DNA from: an uncultured Eubacteriales bacterium
Lineage (GTDB): Bacteria > Acidobacteriota > Aminicenantia > Aminicenantales > Aminicenantaceae
Direction of reading: 5' to 3'
DNA length: 64,000 nucleotides
Assembly (NCBI GenBank): GCA_964538085.1
Contig: CAZIDF010000001.1
Span: 96,826 to 160,825, forward strand
In this document: positions 9,881 to 20,970 of the stretch, piece by piece
How positions within the stretch are numbered: the stretch's first letter is position 1
How the letters are laid out: each line of letters starts with the position of its first letter
Made by a program: the position numbers and the translations under genes
Notes under the pieces: model-generated
What the model was told of the DNA's origin: nothing
The model's database searches: none
The model's input: only the letters and a program-made list of their open reading frames with translations

Positions 9881-10438
9881 TCAAGATTGTTGTTTCTGCG
9901 TAGCTTTTTTGTTCATATCCTTGGCGTGGTTGATCAATTCTGCCAAACGGTCCAGAATGATCCTCACTTTTATGTTAGGTAATTTTCGCTTCCCCGACTG
10001 TTGGGTTTGAAAATTTTTTTTCAGGAGCGTTTCGATACTCTCTTTGTCCATCCATTTGCACAAAAAGTCATCCTCGAAGAGTTCAGCTTTCAGCTCCTCA
10101 TATTCCTGACTCATCGCCAATATTTGAAATTCTTCCAGCAACTCATCTCGCCACTTCTGATAATCTTGAGAGGCATAGGAAGGGATAGGGCCCAGCATTT
10201 TTTTGGCATTTTTCATCGCGTTTTCGAAGAATCCTTCGGCATCCCGGAGCAAGTTTCTAGCTTTGTAATATTCAGCCGTATTGAAATCCCCCTCATCTTT
10301 CAACAGAGCCTGAAAGACATCGACAGACTTACTCAAATATTCCCAACACTTTGATGCTTTCTGATAGATGAGATTTTCTGTTCCCTGTTGCATGAAATTC
10401 TCCCGGCAAAAATCTTTAGGGACTGCCATTATATACAA
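9881..10438 (-). CDS. hypothetical protein
   Basis: 185-aa ORF, charged and helical, no recognisable domain. Which Met is the true start is uncertain. Confidence 0.4.
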   Translation of the reverse strand: MYIMAVPKDFCRENFMQQGTENLIYQKASKCWEYLSKSVDVFQALLKDEGDFNTAEYYKARNLLRDAEGFFENAMKNAKKMLGPIPSYASQDYQKWRDELLEEFQILAMSQEYEELKAELFEDDFLCKWMDKESIETLLKKNFQTQQSGKRKLPNIKVRIILDRLAELINHAKDMNKKATQKQQS

Positions 10439-10474
10439 TTTTCCTCACCGCTACAACAAGGGAACGTCCCCAAA

Positions 10475-10503
10475 TTGACTTCGGTGTTCGGGTCTGATAT
10501 AAA
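10475..10503 (+). promoter_or_regulatory. sigma-70-like promoter for the M14 carboxypeptidase gene
   Basis: TTGACT (10475-10480), 17-nt spacer, TATAAA (10498-10503). AAGAGGAG SD follows, then ATG at 10544. Confidence 0.4.
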
Positions 10504-10543
10504 ATTTATTTCCTTCTTGACTAGATAAAAGAGGAGACTCGTC

Positions 10544-13315
10544 ATGCAAAAAAAAGTCATCTTTGTTTTACTGATCGCAGCTTTTTTCTTACCTCACCTT
10601 TACGCGCAAAATAAGATCACGACGCCAAAGGAGGCCATGGGCTATGATGCCGGAGAGGATTATTTTTTGGCCTCCTTTACACAATTAGTGGACTATTGGA
10701 AAAAACTCGCTCAGGAAAGCGAAAGGATATCTCTGGAAGAGATCGGGAAAACAGCTGAAGGAAGGCCTCTATACATGGCCATCATAACTTCCCCTGAAAA
10801 TCAAAATAGCATCGAACACTACAGGGAAATTTCAATGCGGATGGCGCTAGCTGAAAGCCTGACAGACTCACAAGCAGAGGAACTGGCAAAAGAGGGAAAG
10901 GCCGTGGTGTGGATAGATGGAGGGCTTCATGGAACAGAAGTCTTAGGAGCTCAACAGTTGATCGAGCTTGTCTACCAGATGGTCAGTGGTAATGACGAAG
11001 AAACTTTGAGGATCCTCGACAACGTCATTCTCTTGGCCGTTTGTTCCAACCCTGACGGCATGGAACTAGTCGCTGACTGGTACATGCGCGAACCAGAGCC
11101 GACCAAGCGCTCCACCAGGGGGCTTCCCCGGTTGTACCAAAAATATGTCGGTCATGACAACAACAGGGATTTCTACATGTCGACCCAGGTCGAGACCGAA
11201 GCTCTCAACCGCATCCTTTACAGGGAATGGTTCCCCCAAATCGTGTACAATCATCACCAATCAGGGCCTGCAGGCTGTATCCTTTTTGCCCCGCCTTTTC
11301 GAGATCCATTCAATTATTGTTATGATCCCTTGATTCCTGTCCAAATTCAACTCCTAGGAGCGGCAATGCATACCCGTTTTGTCCAGGAAGAAAAGCCCGG
11401 GGCCACCATGCGGTCAGGAGCGAGCTACTCGATTTGGTGGAACGGCGGATTGAGGACAACCGTTTACTTCCACAACATGATCGGCATGCTGACCGAGACG
11501 ATCGGAAATCCGACTCCGGTAGAAATACCTTTCATCCCTGACATACATGTACCTAACAGCGATTACCCTTTTCCTGTCGCTCCCCAGAGTTGGCATTTTC
11601 GCCAATCAGTGGATTATTCTATCACTGCTGACAAGGCCATCCTCGATTTTGCATCCAAGCACAGCGATGAATTTTTGCTCAACATCTATCGCATGGGCAA
11701 AAGATCCATCGCAAAAGGCAATACCGACAGCTGGACCATCGTTCCTAAAAACATCGAGGCCCTGCGGGATAAGATCCAGGCCGATCAAGCTCAAACAGAA
11801 GGACCAGGCCGGTCCCGTGGATTCCCTCTTAAATATTATGATATGCTCCACGATCCCACCACTCGGGATCCCAGGGGGTACATACTTCCTGCCGACCAAC
11901 CCGATTTTTTGACCGCTACCAAATTCGTCAACACCTTGATCAAGAACGGCATCACCGTTCATCAGGCCAGCCAGGATTTTGAGGTTTTGGGAAAATCTTA
12001 CCCGGCCAGATCCTACATCATCAAGTGTGCACAAGCTTTTCGTCCCCACGTGCTTTCCATGTTCGAACCCCAAAATTATCCCGATGACATTCCCTGCCCG
12101 GGGGAACCCCCGAGACCCACTTACGATATGGCCGGCTGGACTCTGGCGTACCAGATGGGGATTTCCTTTGACAGGATCCTGGAAGGATTCGACGGTCCAT
12201 TCGAAAAAATACAAGGTTTCGCAGAGACTCCAGCTGGTAGCACCAGCCATGCCCGCAATGCTGTGGGATTTCTGTTGGACCACAGGATTAACGATGCCTT
12301 TATCGCTACGAACAGACTTTTGGAAAACAAAGAAGAGGTCTACTGGTTAAAACAACCCTTTAAAGCCAACGGAAAAAACTACGCGGCAGGCTCTGTGTAC
12401 ATTCCGAACAAAACCTCGACCGCAAAACGGCTGGAGGCCCTGTCAAACGAACTAGGATTGAAGTTCGAAGGGACTGACAGCAAGCCTGTGGGGGAAGCAT
12501 ACCGTTTAAAACCTCTCCGCATCGGCCTCTGGGACCAGTATGGAGGCTCGATGGCTTCAGGGTGGATCAGATGGCTTTTCGAGCAGTTTGAATTCCCATT
12601 CGAAGTGGTCTATCCCCCATCACTCGAGTCTGACCACCTTGCCGAACAATACGATGTCCTGGTGTTTGTCAGCGGAGCCATTCCAGGCTTGAGCACACAA
12701 GAAGCCCGGCAGTATGGCCGCTCCGAACCCATGAAGCCTGAAGACGTCCCCCCGGAGTACCGCAACCGGTTAGGGAATATTTCCGTAGATAAAACCGTGC
12801 CAAAAATTCTCCGTTTCCTGAAAGATGGAGGAACCGTTTTAACCCTCGGAAGCTCGACAGCTTTGGGTTTTCATGCCGGTCTCCCCATTAAAAATGCCCT
12901 GGTCGAAAAAACACAGGATGGAACCGAGAAGCCTCTATCGAGCGGACAGCTTTTTATTCCGGGTTCCCTCCTCCAGGTCCATCTTGACTCCAGTCATCCT
13001 TTGACATACGGGATGGGGGATAGGACAGATGTGGTATTCAGCAGAAGTCCTGTTTTCATGCTTCAGCCTGAAGCCCAGCTCAAAGGAGTTCGTCCGATAG
13101 CTTGGTTCGATAGCAAGACACCCTTAAGGAGCGGATGGGCATGGGGCCAGCACTATCTGGAGGACGGCATCGTAGTGATCGAAGCGACTATCGGGGAAGG
13201 GAAACTTGTGATGTATGGTCCAGAGATAGCCTTTCGCGGCCAGCCTCATGGCACGTTCAAGCTTTTATTCAACGGACTGTACTATGGACCGGCCACGGAT
13301 GTCCGCTTGAAGTGA
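10544..13315 (+). CDS. secreted peptidase M14 family zinc carboxypeptidase (large, multidomain)
   Basis: 923 aa with signal peptide. HGTE (HxxE) zinc-ligand motif and the GLHGTEV...NPDG...HDNNRDF arrangement typical of M14 carboxypeptidases. Confidence 0.7.
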   Translation: MQKKVIFVLLIAAFFLPHLYAQNKITTPKEAMGYDAGEDYFLASFTQLVDYWKKLAQESERISLEEIGKTAEGRPLYMAIITSPENQNSIEHYREISMRMALAESLTDSQAEELAKEGKAVVWIDGGLHGTEVLGAQQLIELVYQMVSGNDEETLRILDNVILLAVCSNPDGMELVADWYMREPEPTKRSTRGLPRLYQKYVGHDNNRDFYMSTQVETEALNRILYREWFPQIVYNHHQSGPAGCILFAPPFRDPFNYCYDPLIPVQIQLLGAAMHTRFVQEEKPGATMRSGASYSIWWNGGLRTTVYFHNMIGMLTETIGNPTPVEIPFIPDIHVPNSDYPFPVAPQSWHFRQSVDYSITADKAILDFASKHSDEFLLNIYRMGKRSIAKGNTDSWTIVPKNIEALRDKIQADQAQTEGPGRSRGFPLKYYDMLHDPTTRDPRGYILPADQPDFLTATKFVNTLIKNGITVHQASQDFEVLGKSYPARSYIIKCAQAFRPHVLSMFEPQNYPDDIPCPGEPPRPTYDMAGWTLAYQMGISFDRILEGFDGPFEKIQGFAETPAGSTSHARNAVGFLLDHRINDAFIATNRLLENKEEVYWLKQPFKANGKNYAAGSVYIPNKTSTAKRLEALSNELGLKFEGTDSKPVGEAYRLKPLRIGLWDQYGGSMASGWIRWLFEQFEFPFEVVYPPSLESDHLAEQYDVLVFVSGAIPGLSTQEARQYGRSEPMKPEDVPPEYRNRLGNISVDKTVPKILRFLKDGGTVLTLGSSTALGFHAGLPIKNALVEKTQDGTEKPLSSGQLFIPGSLLQVHLDSSHPLTYGMGDRTDVVFSRSPVFMLQPEAQLKGVRPIAWFDSKTPLRSGWAWGQHYLEDGIVVIEATIGEGKLVMYGPEIAFRGQPHGTFKLLFNGLYYGPATDVRLK

Positions 13316-13336
13316 TTTTTGTATCCAGATTGAACA

Positions 13337-14566
13337 TCAGTTGGAATAATATCCCATGCGGTGGACAACCTTATAATCCCTTTCTTTCACCCTTACCGTG
13401 ATCTTCTTGAACTGTCCATCTTTTGCATACTTTTGGGGAGAATAATACAGCAGGTAATAATTATCTGATGCCTCGATCGCACGTTTGAACGACGAGGCAG
13501 GATTCGCCGAGCTATCCACAAATCCTCCGGTTGCATCTGCCATTTCTCTGAAGGCACCATAAATGTCTTCGGACCTTTCTTGAAAATACACACCCTGCAC
13601 ATGCTCGATAGCTGGGGTCAAGAACAAAAAATGGATGGAAATCGAGGAATCCGCAAAGGCCTGTTTGACACGGTCCACATCGAAGGAAATGTTCCTGCGA
13701 GAAGTTTCCGACATGTCGTATAGCCCCTGGAGAACATGGGGCTTATCTTGATAGTAGGCTAAATATTTGTCTAGAATGCTGGGTTCAATCTGCGGGATGT
13801 ACTCTCTCTCGTAGATCATAAAAACATACTTTTGTCCGGTTTCATTTTTCAGAACTCTTGCAAAATCCAAAAGCTTCGCCTGGTCCACACGCCTGAGCTT
13901 TCTGATCCTATCCAAAGTATTCAGGTATTTGGCGAGCTGTTTTTCAAAAGGCTCACGGCCATAACCGGGAAGAGTGTAATTATCCAATTGAGTGGTTTCA
14001 TTTCCCGGACCCCCAGGAGAATTTGAGGATAAGGACCTAGCCAGACCGACCAACTCCTCCACAGCTCCTCGGTATTCGGCGTTGCCGACCATCGCATCTT
14101 TTCGCAAAAGCTCTTTAAGTTGTTGTGAAAGCTCTTTTTTTGACTGAAACTCCAGTACCTGATCTCGCAGCTTATAGGTGCTCATCGGAGTGACGATGAC
14201 AAGACTATCGCCCGGGACCAAAACATTTTCGTGAAAATAGTCTATCGCATCTCCTATTTTAGGTGTGTATTCGGATATCTCGAAAAAGAGGAAAAAGAAC
14301 CTCTCGGTAGATGGAATGAACCGTTTCTTTTCCTCGCTTCTCTCGACTGTCCTGTTTTTTACTAGATAAACCGCTTCGATCTTCTGTGGATTGCCTTCTT
14401 CTAAGATTTCAAAGTCATCTATTGTCAAGTTTTCGATAAAATTTCCGTTCTGGAAGACTCTAACAGGAACTTCGATATTGATCACGATTGCTTGTTCGGC
14501 TACCTGTTCGCAAAAGACCCACAGGCTAAGCAAAAGGAAACATCCGAGAAGAAAAATCCGTTTCAA
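13337..14566 (-). CDS. VWFA-related Acidobacterial-domain (TIGR03436-like) protein, paralog B
   Basis: Signal peptide. Has AIVINIEVPVRVFQNGNFIENLTIDDFEILEEGNPQKIEAVYL and the C-terminal NYYLLYYSPQKYAKDGQFKKITVRVKERDYKVVHRMGY signature. Clear paralog of 3673..4920 in inverted orientation. Confidence 0.55.
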   Translation of the reverse strand: MKRIFLLGCFLLLSLWVFCEQVAEQAIVINIEVPVRVFQNGNFIENLTIDDFEILEEGNPQKIEAVYLVKNRTVERSEEKKRFIPSTERFFFLFFEISEYTPKIGDAIDYFHENVLVPGDSLVIVTPMSTYKLRDQVLEFQSKKELSQQLKELLRKDAMVGNAEYRGAVEELVGLARSLSSNSPGGPGNETTQLDNYTLPGYGREPFEKQLAKYLNTLDRIRKLRRVDQAKLLDFARVLKNETGQKYVFMIYEREYIPQIEPSILDKYLAYYQDKPHVLQGLYDMSETSRRNISFDVDRVKQAFADSSISIHFLFLTPAIEHVQGVYFQERSEDIYGAFREMADATGGFVDSSANPASSFKRAIEASDNYYLLYYSPQKYAKDGQFKKITVRVKERDYKVVHRMGYYSN

Positions 14567-14618
14567 TTCAACCTCTTTATATCAGGGATAACACAGAATC
14601 GCGAAGAAGTCAAAAACT

Positions 14619-17561
14619 CTATTTTTCCCTCATCGGATCCTCTCGAATGGCGACAAAACCAGAATAGCTTTCCCCTTCCAGGATCATTCTCAGTGTGTAA
14701 ATCCCGGCTTCGACTTCTGGGCCCAGGAGTGGCCGCAGAAAAAAGCCTTGTCCCGTGGCATAACTCCTGAACTCTTCCATCACAGTCTGCAAGATTTTGT
14801 TGTATCCGTCGGTTGTCTTTGCCTTTTGGAATTCTTCGTGCAACTCATCCAAGCGTTCCTTTTGCTCCCCCTCCACTTGTTTTTTTAATTCGACAAAGAT
14901 ATTTTCCAGCCTTTTCACAAAGCTATTTTTCTGTTGATCGGTCGGCTCGAATCGCATATCCCAACGGTATCGGCCGATCCCCTCTGAGTCTTCCAACAAT
15001 ATGGTTCTTGTCATCTTTTGGCTCAGATCGCTGATTTCAACCATAGCTTTTTCCTGGGGTTTTGATCTGAGATAATAGTTTATCGAAGCCGTGTTTTGGA
15101 TAGGCATCGGAGAATTGGAGGGTTCGACTTGAGACATGGATAGAGGGTTTCGCCCCACGAATAATTTGTGACCTCGGGTCGCGCCTCTGCTAATACCCTG
15201 CCATTTAGTTGCCACGGGATTGTCGAAAAAGTGGACTTTCTTTCCAGCCACATCTTCAGTGAACTGTTGCAGAGGAGTGATGTCATCCAGAATATAGGTG
15301 CCCCTGCCATGAGTACCCGCGATAAGATCGCCAGCTAGAGGATGTATTAGCAGATCGTGTACAGCGACCGTTGGCATTCCGCTCATAAGCTCAGTCCAAG
15401 ACTTGCCGCCATCGACCGAAACGAACACACCAAACTCGGTACCCACAAACAGAAGGTTTTCATTCTTCAGATCTTCCCTGATGACATACACACTATGCCC
15501 ATCCGGAAGGTTGTGAGTGATATTCTCCCATGTTTGTCCGAAATCCTTGGTTTTGAACACATAGGGGCGGAAATCATCGCTGCGGTGGCCATCAAAAGTC
15601 ACAAAACACACACCTTTGTCGAAGTGGGAAGCTTCCACCCGACTTACCCAAATGGTTTCCGGAACACCAGAGATGTTGGGCCTGACATTGGTCCAAGTCA
15701 CTCCATCATCCCGGGTCAATTGCACATTTCCATCATCGGTTCCTAACCAGATCAATCCGGATTCCAGCGGAGACTCAGAAATCGTGATGATAGTGCAATG
15801 GACTTCTGCTCCTGTGACATCGCGGGTCAATCCCCCGCTGTCTCTGAGGATTTTTTTGGGGTCGTTCGTGCTCAAGTCAGGGCTGATGATCCGCCAGTGA
15901 TCTCCCCGATCGACACTCTTGAACAGAAAGTTGGCCCCATAATAGAGGGTAAGCGGATTATGGTGGGATAGAACGAATGGCGTGTTCCAGTTCATACGCA
16001 CAACGGATCGGCTGGAATCTGTATGCTTAGGAACGACATCTTCCCAATTCAGCGTGTTGCTCCGCGTGGGTGAGATCCCCTCGGATTCCTGACGGAACAA
16101 TGCGTGGTTTCGCCGCAACCTGCCTCCCTGGCTTTCGGAATAGACCGTGGTCCAATCGGTAGGATCCACCGCCGTGTAAAATCCATCTCCGCTGTGGAAT
16201 TTAAACCAGTGATCGTTAAAAATGCCGTTGCAGTCCCGGCTGTTGCTCGGCCCGCCCCATATCCCATTGTCCTGAAGACCGACATATACATAATAGGGAT
16301 CCCTCATGTCTGCAGAAACGACATAGATTTGGCTGATCGCATAATTGTCGAAGAAGTTGAAATGTTCGCCATGATCGTAGGTGATGGAAACTCCTTTATC
16401 GTTTCCCACATAATAACGGTCCTTGTTCTGGGGGTCGAGCCACATCACATGAAAATCACCGGCAATGCCGGGCATCCCTGGCTGGAAAGTTTTTCCCCCA
16501 TCTTCAGAGATTTGCGCCTGGCCTCCCATGGCATAAACCCGTTGATCGTCATGGGGATTGATATAAATTTGGCTATAATAAAATGGCCGGTCGTTGTATC
16601 GGTTTACAAAGGCCCAGGTCTCGCCTCTATCCTCCGAGCGATAAATACCCGACCCGAGCTTGCTCATGTCTTCGTACTCTTCGCTACCCCGCCTCGGCTG
16701 AAAACCATGCTCGAAGATGACCATCACGATCTTGGGATCGGCGCGGTATATAGCGATACCGATGCGGCCGATATCTCCTTCGGGCAAACCCTCGGTCAAC
16801 TTTTTCCATGTCTGTCCCCCATCACTGGATTTGAATAATCCTCCATTCGGTCCGCCGCTGTCGAAGCGGTGAGGTTGCCTCAACCTCTGCCAAAATGCTG
16901 TGTATAAAATATCCGGATTTATCGGGTCCATCTCGATATCGGTGCACCCTGTTTTGCCGTCATCGGGAAGTCCATTTCCCAATTTCAGCCATGTCTGTCC
17001 CCCATCTGTCGTTTTATACAAACCTCTCTGTCCTGTGTACCCCCACAGGTGTCCTTGAGCTGCTACATAAAGGATATCCGGATCTTCTGGATGTGCGATA
17101 ATCCGCGCGATATGATGAGAATTTTCCAGCCCCATATGGGTAAAGGTTTTCCCGCTATCCGTGGATTTATATATCCCATCTCCCCAACCCACGCTGTTCC
17201 GCACATTGGCCTCTCCCGTGCCTACCCAAATTATGTCCGGATTCTTGGGAAACATGGCCACAGCGCCGATCGACGCCGAGCCATAATCATCAAAAATAGG
17301 CTCCCATGTCGTTCCGGCATTGATGGATTTCCAAACACCTCCAGAGGCAGATGCCACGAGCACATGCCCAAAGTCGGTGTCTAATGCTTGGATATCGGTG
17401 ACTCGGCCACTCATATTGGCCGGTCCGATATTCCGCCATTGGAGGTTTCTGAAAAGGGCCCTTTCCGCTGGCTGTGCATTCAGCACACCCCAATTTAAAA
17501 AAAATAAAAAAGCCATTAACATCCAGCAGAATAGAACCTTTTTTCTCGTTCGGTTTATCAT
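14619..17561 (-). CDS. secreted BNR/Asp-box repeat protein (sortilin/VPS10- or GH74-like beta-propeller)
   Basis: 980 aa with signal peptide. At least 8 Asp-box motifs (S/TxDxGxTW/F): STDSGKTF, TTDGGQTW, SSDGGQTW, SEDRGETW, SEDGGKTF, TRDDGVTW, TKDFGQTW, SVDGGKSW. Confidence 0.75.
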   Translation of the reverse strand: MINRTRKKVLFCWMLMAFLFFLNWGVLNAQPAERALFRNLQWRNIGPANMSGRVTDIQALDTDFGHVLVASASGGVWKSINAGTTWEPIFDDYGSASIGAVAMFPKNPDIIWVGTGEANVRNSVGWGDGIYKSTDSGKTFTHMGLENSHHIARIIAHPEDPDILYVAAQGHLWGYTGQRGLYKTTDGGQTWLKLGNGLPDDGKTGCTDIEMDPINPDILYTAFWQRLRQPHRFDSGGPNGGLFKSSDGGQTWKKLTEGLPEGDIGRIGIAIYRADPKIVMVIFEHGFQPRRGSEEYEDMSKLGSGIYRSEDRGETWAFVNRYNDRPFYYSQIYINPHDDQRVYAMGGQAQISEDGGKTFQPGMPGIAGDFHVMWLDPQNKDRYYVGNDKGVSITYDHGEHFNFFDNYAISQIYVVSADMRDPYYVYVGLQDNGIWGGPSNSRDCNGIFNDHWFKFHSGDGFYTAVDPTDWTTVYSESQGGRLRRNHALFRQESEGISPTRSNTLNWEDVVPKHTDSSRSVVRMNWNTPFVLSHHNPLTLYYGANFLFKSVDRGDHWRIISPDLSTNDPKKILRDSGGLTRDVTGAEVHCTIITISESPLESGLIWLGTDDGNVQLTRDDGVTWTNVRPNISGVPETIWVSRVEASHFDKGVCFVTFDGHRSDDFRPYVFKTKDFGQTWENITHNLPDGHSVYVIREDLKNENLLFVGTEFGVFVSVDGGKSWTELMSGMPTVAVHDLLIHPLAGDLIAGTHGRGTYILDDITPLQQFTEDVAGKKVHFFDNPVATKWQGISRGATRGHKLFVGRNPLSMSQVEPSNSPMPIQNTASINYYLRSKPQEKAMVEISDLSQKMTRTILLEDSEGIGRYRWDMRFEPTDQQKNSFVKRLENIFVELKKQVEGEQKERLDELHEEFQKAKTTDGYNKILQTVMEEFRSYATGQGFFLRPLLGPEVEAGIYTLRMILEGESYSGFVAIREDPMREK

Positions 17562-17848
17562 GCATTTCCCTCCTTAAACTATTTTTCTTCTCTTTTGGGC
17601 AAACCATAACACTTGAAAAAATTCATCCGTTAATACAGCTTTGGAGATCACTGAGCCTATATCTTAGCCTAATAACATCATCGACAATATCGTTTAGCTA
17701 ACACGGTATTGAAGCCCCTAGGGAATGTCAAGTCTACTGGAGATGTCTTGTTTTGCTTGACTCTCTCCATGGCTAAATTATATTTTATCTCTGATCCATT
17801 TTATGATCGTGATGATAACACGAATATCGTTCTATTAGGGGAATATAT

Positions 17849-18307
17849 ATGCCAAAAAAGCTAACGCTTGAAAAATTACAGGCAGTTGTCGGGGAAGAGA
17901 TCGGCTTATCCGATTGGATGGAAATCACGCAGAAGAGGATCGATGCCTTTGCCGAAGCCACAGAGGATAGGCAATGGATCCATGTGAATCCTTTAAAGGC
18001 AAAGTTTGGACCCTACCACAAGACGATCGCTCACGGATTTTTGATCCTGTCTCTTTTAGTCCATCTCACATCCCGGATAGAACTCTTCAGATATAAGGTG
18101 AAAATGATAGCCAATGTGGGGATGAACCGCATGAGATTCATCAGCCCTGTGCCGGTTGGTTCCAGGATCAGAAACCGTTGTGTGCTCAAGGATGTAACAG
18201 AAAAAAGCGATGGGAAAATCGTCATCACGATAGATAACACGGTTGAAATAGAGGGAGCGGAAAAGCCAGCACTTGTGGCCGAAGTCTTGGCCTTAGTGAT
18301 TGTGTGA
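17849..18307 (+). CDS. MaoC-like (R)-specific enoyl-CoA hydratase / hotdog-fold dehydratase
   Basis: 152 aa. Hotdog-fold MaoC signature region (WIHVNPLKA...AHGFLILSL). Confidence 0.7.
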   Translation: MPKKLTLEKLQAVVGEEIGLSDWMEITQKRIDAFAEATEDRQWIHVNPLKAKFGPYHKTIAHGFLILSLLVHLTSRIELFRYKVKMIANVGMNRMRFISPVPVGSRIRNRCVLKDVTEKSDGKIVITIDNTVEIEGAEKPALVAEVLALVIV

Positions 18308-18339
18308 GCAGGTCCAATCGGCTTGGTGTTTTATATGTT

Positions 18340-19890
18340 TCAGGCTCCGAAATCGGACGTGAACGATTTAAGCCTTCTTGCTTGGCGAGAGTTTTTCAAG
18401 CATCTTAAAGCTTTCGCCTCGATCTGCCTGATCCTTTCACGTGTCACTTTGAATCGCTGTCCGACCTCTTCCAGCGTGTGCTCGTTTCCATCGCCCAATC
18501 CAAATCTCATTCTCAGGACCTCCGCTTCCCTGTGAGTGAGGGAATCCAGAGCGTAATCAATTTGCTCTTTCAGATTGCCAAGAATAACGGAATCAGGAGG
18601 AGAGGGAATTATCGTATCCTCTATAAAATCAGCGAGATAACTGTCATTCTCTTTCCCCACAGGAGCGTTGAGAGATACGGGCTCCTGGGAGCTTTTGATG
18701 ATTTGCCTTACCTTGTCTATAGGAAGATTCATTTTTTTGGCCACATCATCGCATGTGGGCTCTCTCCCCACTTCATTGATGAGTTCTTTTGTCAATTTAT
18801 GTAATTTATTTATCGTGTCTACCATATGGACAGGGATTCTAACCGTCCGGGCTTGGTCTGCAATGGCTCTTGTTATGGATTGCCTTATCCACCACGTTGC
18901 ATATGTCGAAAACTTGAATCCCTTCCTGTAATCGAATCTTTCCACAGCTTTCATCAAACCCATGTTCCCTTCCTGTAATAAATCTAGAAAATGCAGATTG
19001 TTCACTCTGTATTTCTTCGTGATGGAAACAACGAGTCTCAGATTCGCCACGATCAAATTTTTCTTAGCCCTATCTCTGATCGCTTCTCCCAAGGAGATGG
19101 CCTGGACTATTTCATTTAATTTGATTAGATCAAAACCGAGCTCGATCTGATGGATTCCTATCAACTCATCACATCCCTTGATTTTTCGATTCAGATCGAT
19201 CCGCGTGGTTTCATTTTTAACCTTTGTGTACAGCGTGTAAAATCCTTCCCTTTTTTTTCTCAATTTATCCAGAAAAAAGGCTCTATCCCGAAGTTCTGCA
19301 ATGATTTTCTCTTTTTGCACCGGAAGCAAATTGAGCTTTTTCATGGACTTAGCCAATTGGATTTTAAGTTGCTTTCTCTTGAGAAGGAATGACTCGTCAT
19401 ATGGGATTTTTTCTAATTTAAACCCAAAATTCCTTACCTCTTCAATTCCCTGGAATATCTCCTTGCTCCTCGCTTCGAAATTCCCGTCCTTAAGATTGTC
19501 AGAAAAATCGAAAAAGTCTGAGATTACCTCTGGATTTCTTCTAATATCTTCTTCAAAGGTGACGATTTTTCTCCAAGTCAACCGGGTTTCGAGCAGAGCG
19601 TCGTTGATGATGTTTTCCCCTCTCTCGATTTCTTTAGCGATGATGATTTCTTCCTTTCGTGAGAGAAGGGATACGCTGCCAATCTCCCGAAGATAGAGCT
19701 TCACAAGATCGGTCAATGACTCGAGCTTGTCGTCGGTGTCGTCATGCTTGACTTGTCTTTTCGATAGGGAACTATTTTCTATCTCATTCTTTTCCTCATC
19801 TTGCAGACATGAAAAATTATCATAATCATGATCATCGCCGAGATCATTCCGATCTATTGTTTCACAAATATTCAGCCGTATGTCATCCAT
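18340..19890 (-). CDS. rpoD: RNA polymerase primary sigma factor sigma-70
   Basis: Acidic region 1.1. Region 2 ([24 protein letters not shown]). Region 4 ([27 protein letters not shown]). Confidence 0.9.
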   Translation of the reverse strand: MDDIRLNICETIDRNDLGDDHDYDNFSCLQDEEKNEIENSSLSKRQVKHDDTDDKLESLTDLVKLYLREIGSVSLLSRKEEIIIAKEIERGENIINDALLETRLTWRKIVTFEEDIRRNPEVISDFFDFSDNLKDGNFEARSKEIFQGIEEVRNFGFKLEKIPYDESFLLKRKQLKIQLAKSMKKLNLLPVQKEKIIAELRDRAFFLDKLRKKREGFYTLYTKVKNETTRIDLNRKIKGCDELIGIHQIELGFDLIKLNEIVQAISLGEAIRDRAKKNLIVANLRLVVSITKKYRVNNLHFLDLLQEGNMGLMKAVERFDYRKGFKFSTYATWWIRQSITRAIADQARTVRIPVHMVDTINKLHKLTKELINEVGREPTCDDVAKKMNLPIDKVRQIIKSSQEPVSLNAPVGKENDSYLADFIEDTIIPSPPDSVILGNLKEQIDYALDSLTHREAEVLRMRFGLGDGNEHTLEEVGQRFKVTRERIRQIEAKALRCLKNSRQARRLKSFTSDFGA

Positions 19891-20252
19891 ATCATTCCCG
19901 AAAAATTAAAAGACTCTAAAATCCTTTCTGCTCTGAAATTCGATCATCCCGCACGGGGTCGTCTTTTTTTGACTTTCTTATTTCTAGATCAACCTCTTCA
20001 CCTCAGAATAAGTGAACTCCCAGGTTATTCCCAGGATGACCGCAATCTATGATTCCGCCTTTCCACGTCCATCCGATGGGCAATTTTCCCATTTTTTAAC
20101 CTTCTGGACCTTTTTCCTTTTGGTTCCCTGATCGATGTTTCTTGCCAAAAGTTTGTATCCTCCTTCTCGAATAACATTTTCAGATTTTTCATGGCTACCT
20201 CCAAAAAGGATTTTTTCCAGTTGTAGATTTAGAAAAATCTTAGAGTTTCTCT

Positions 20253-20672
20253 TTATTGTCTATGAGCTAATCCAACTCTGTCATCGATATCCTTGGCGAT
20301 CATTTTGATGTCGGATAAAGCGATGGTAATCTCCTTTTCAATTTCTTCTATCGTTTTTAAAAAGCTGTTCATCCTCAGTTCATAATATGAATTGAGTTTT
20401 ACGACCAAACCTGCCTTCATCAGTTTTTTTAGGTGATAAATCACCGATCCGACAGTTGGTTCGACATACGCGGTCAATTCCTCACTCGTCAATCCCTTTC
20501 CCATCTTGGCCGAATTTATGAGCGCTTTTAGTATCTTGAAGGCTGTTTTATCCTGATCGCGGGAAGTGAGAAAACCAAGACTATTGCATATCCATTCGAT
20601 ATCCTGATCGAGCTGATTTTTAAGAGGTTCTCTCAGTTTCTTTATGGTAAAGTGTCTGAGCGCCTGTTCCAT
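20253..20672 (-). CDS. winged-helix transcriptional regulator (ArsR/SmtB-like HTH)
   Basis: 139 aa. HTH plus wing (LTSEELTAYVEPTVGSVIYHLKKLMKAGLVVK). Followed by a very AT-rich upstream region. Confidence 0.5.
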   Translation of the reverse strand: MEQALRHFTIKKLREPLKNQLDQDIEWICNSLGFLTSRDQDKTAFKILKALINSAKMGKGLTSEELTAYVEPTVGSVIYHLKKLMKAGLVVKLNSYYELRMNSFLKTIEEIEKEITIALSDIKMIAKDIDDRVGLAHRQ

Positions 20673-20970
20673 TTAAGTTTAAATTAATTTATAATATTTA
20701 AATTAAGCTTGAAATTTATATATATGATAAATAATTTCAGTTAAATGTCAAGGTATTTTAAATGCAGATCGACAAAAAATTGTTCGAATATAAACGGGAA
20801 AAATATCCATCCAGAAAATTTTTAATCTCATTTCGTTTCACACTTTCTATACATATAAAAAAAACAGTATTCTCTGGAGGTCGAAAAACCTATATAATAT
20901 ATAATCTTTTTTATTGCCGATTTATCGAATACCCCCTTAAATTCGTATGGATCGGGTGCAGGGAGGATGC

